64,000 nucleotides of DNA. Source: an uncultured Candidatus Saccharibacteria bacterium (GTDB lineage Bacteria > Patescibacteriota > Saccharimonadia > Saccharimonadales > UBA4665). Below are positions 63,475 through 64,000 of this stretch, piece by piece (positions within the stretch are counted from its first letter, which is position 1; every line of letters begins with the position of its first letter). Below the pieces are notes generated by a model that saw only the letters and a list, made by a program, of their open reading frames with translations, was not told the origin of the DNA and ran no database searches. The position numbers and the translations under genes were made by a program. The stretch lies in contig CAZNOW010000002.1 in the NCBI GenBank assembly GCA_964574915.1, forward strand, positions 32,328-96,327, read 5' to 3'.

Positions 63475-64000
63475 GTGTCTACTCCTGCTGTATATAAGTA
63501 CCGCATACAAGAGCTTAAACGAGAGTTTGAGAAACTTAGAAGTGGCAAAGATCAATTACTAAACTTGATTGACGAATCTGAAATACCTGAAAGTGTATAC
63601 AACTCTAACGCTATTGAAAACTCGACCTTAACACTTAAAGAAACTGAAAAAATACTGCTTGAAATGCAAGTTACTCGTAATGTAGACATTCGTGAAGTTT
63701 ATGAAGCAATAAATCTTGGCCGAGTGGTTGAATATTTACGCAACAAAAGCAAATCAGAAGACATAACAAAGGACATCATATTATTAATGCACCAAATGTT
63801 GATTAGTGGTATTGATGATTCAATAGCTGGTAGGTTTCGTCGTGCAAATGAATATGTTAGGGTTGGAACGCAGATTGCTCCGGCACCCGAACATATTATA
63901 CGTATGATAGATCAAACATTAATAGATTATAAATCCGATCATCAAACTTTTTTTACAGATAAGATTGCCAAGTTTCATCTAGAATTTGAGATGATTCACC
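63475..64000 (+). CDS. Fic/DOC family protein, partial (runs off the window end)
   Basis: My own translation from the GTG at 63475: ...SVYNSNAIENSTLTLKETE ... GRFRRANEYV ... IAKFHLEFEMIH, i.e. the start of the HPFxDGNGR block. The frame is open from 63433. Absent from the ORF track because there is no stop codon. Confidence 0.75.
   Translation, partial: MSTPAVYKYRIQELKREFEKLRSGKDQLLNLIDESEIPESVYNSNAIENSTLTLKETEKILLEMQVTRNVDIREVYEAINLGRVVEYLRNKSKSEDITKDIILLMHQMLISGIDDSIAGRFRRANEYVRVGTQIAPAPEHIIRMIDQTLIDYKSDHQTFFTDKIAKFHLEFEMIH

Overview
The window reads as a small, gene-dense bacterial chromosome segment using the standard genetic code. Gene content suggests a CPR/Patescibacteria (Saccharibacteria-like) organism: compact housekeeping operons, many small membrane or secreted proteins, and a sortase-type signal. 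That assignment is inference only. From about 12.5 kb to 64 kb the window is ordinary core genome. It carries valS, tsaD, murE, groES-groEL behind a consensus promoter and CIRCE operator, argS, mscL, msrB, orn, dnaG-rpoD and polA. It also carries mutM, holA, rpsT, truB, rpsO-pnp, a family-4 UDG, RNase J, ftsK, rpsF-ssb-rpsR, efp, tlyA and ychF, and ends in a partial Fic gene. The first ~12.4 kb is different. It holds about 13 small minus-strand genes or gene pairs: HicBA, two NUDIX paralogs, a MazG-like protein, a VOC protein, a nucleotidyltransferase, a transglutaminase-like protein, membrane or surface proteins and unknowns. Each is followed by a copy of one conserved direct-repeat family. 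All copies share the orientation of a tRNA-Arg gene at 12393..12470, lie on its 3' side, and partly resemble its 3' end. No recombinase gene is present in the window. I consider this integron-like, tRNA-anchored cassette array the most interesting structure here. Other notable items are a TasA-like/SipW-like secretion pair, a P-type ATPase with degenerate catalytic motifs and a DHH-fold protein that has lost the DHH motif. There is also a stand-alone sigma-70 region-2 mini-protein, an unexplained structured region after ftsK, and a triple-repeat operator-like site in front of the Fic gene. Product calls come from motif recognition by eye in the supplied translations. No database search was run.
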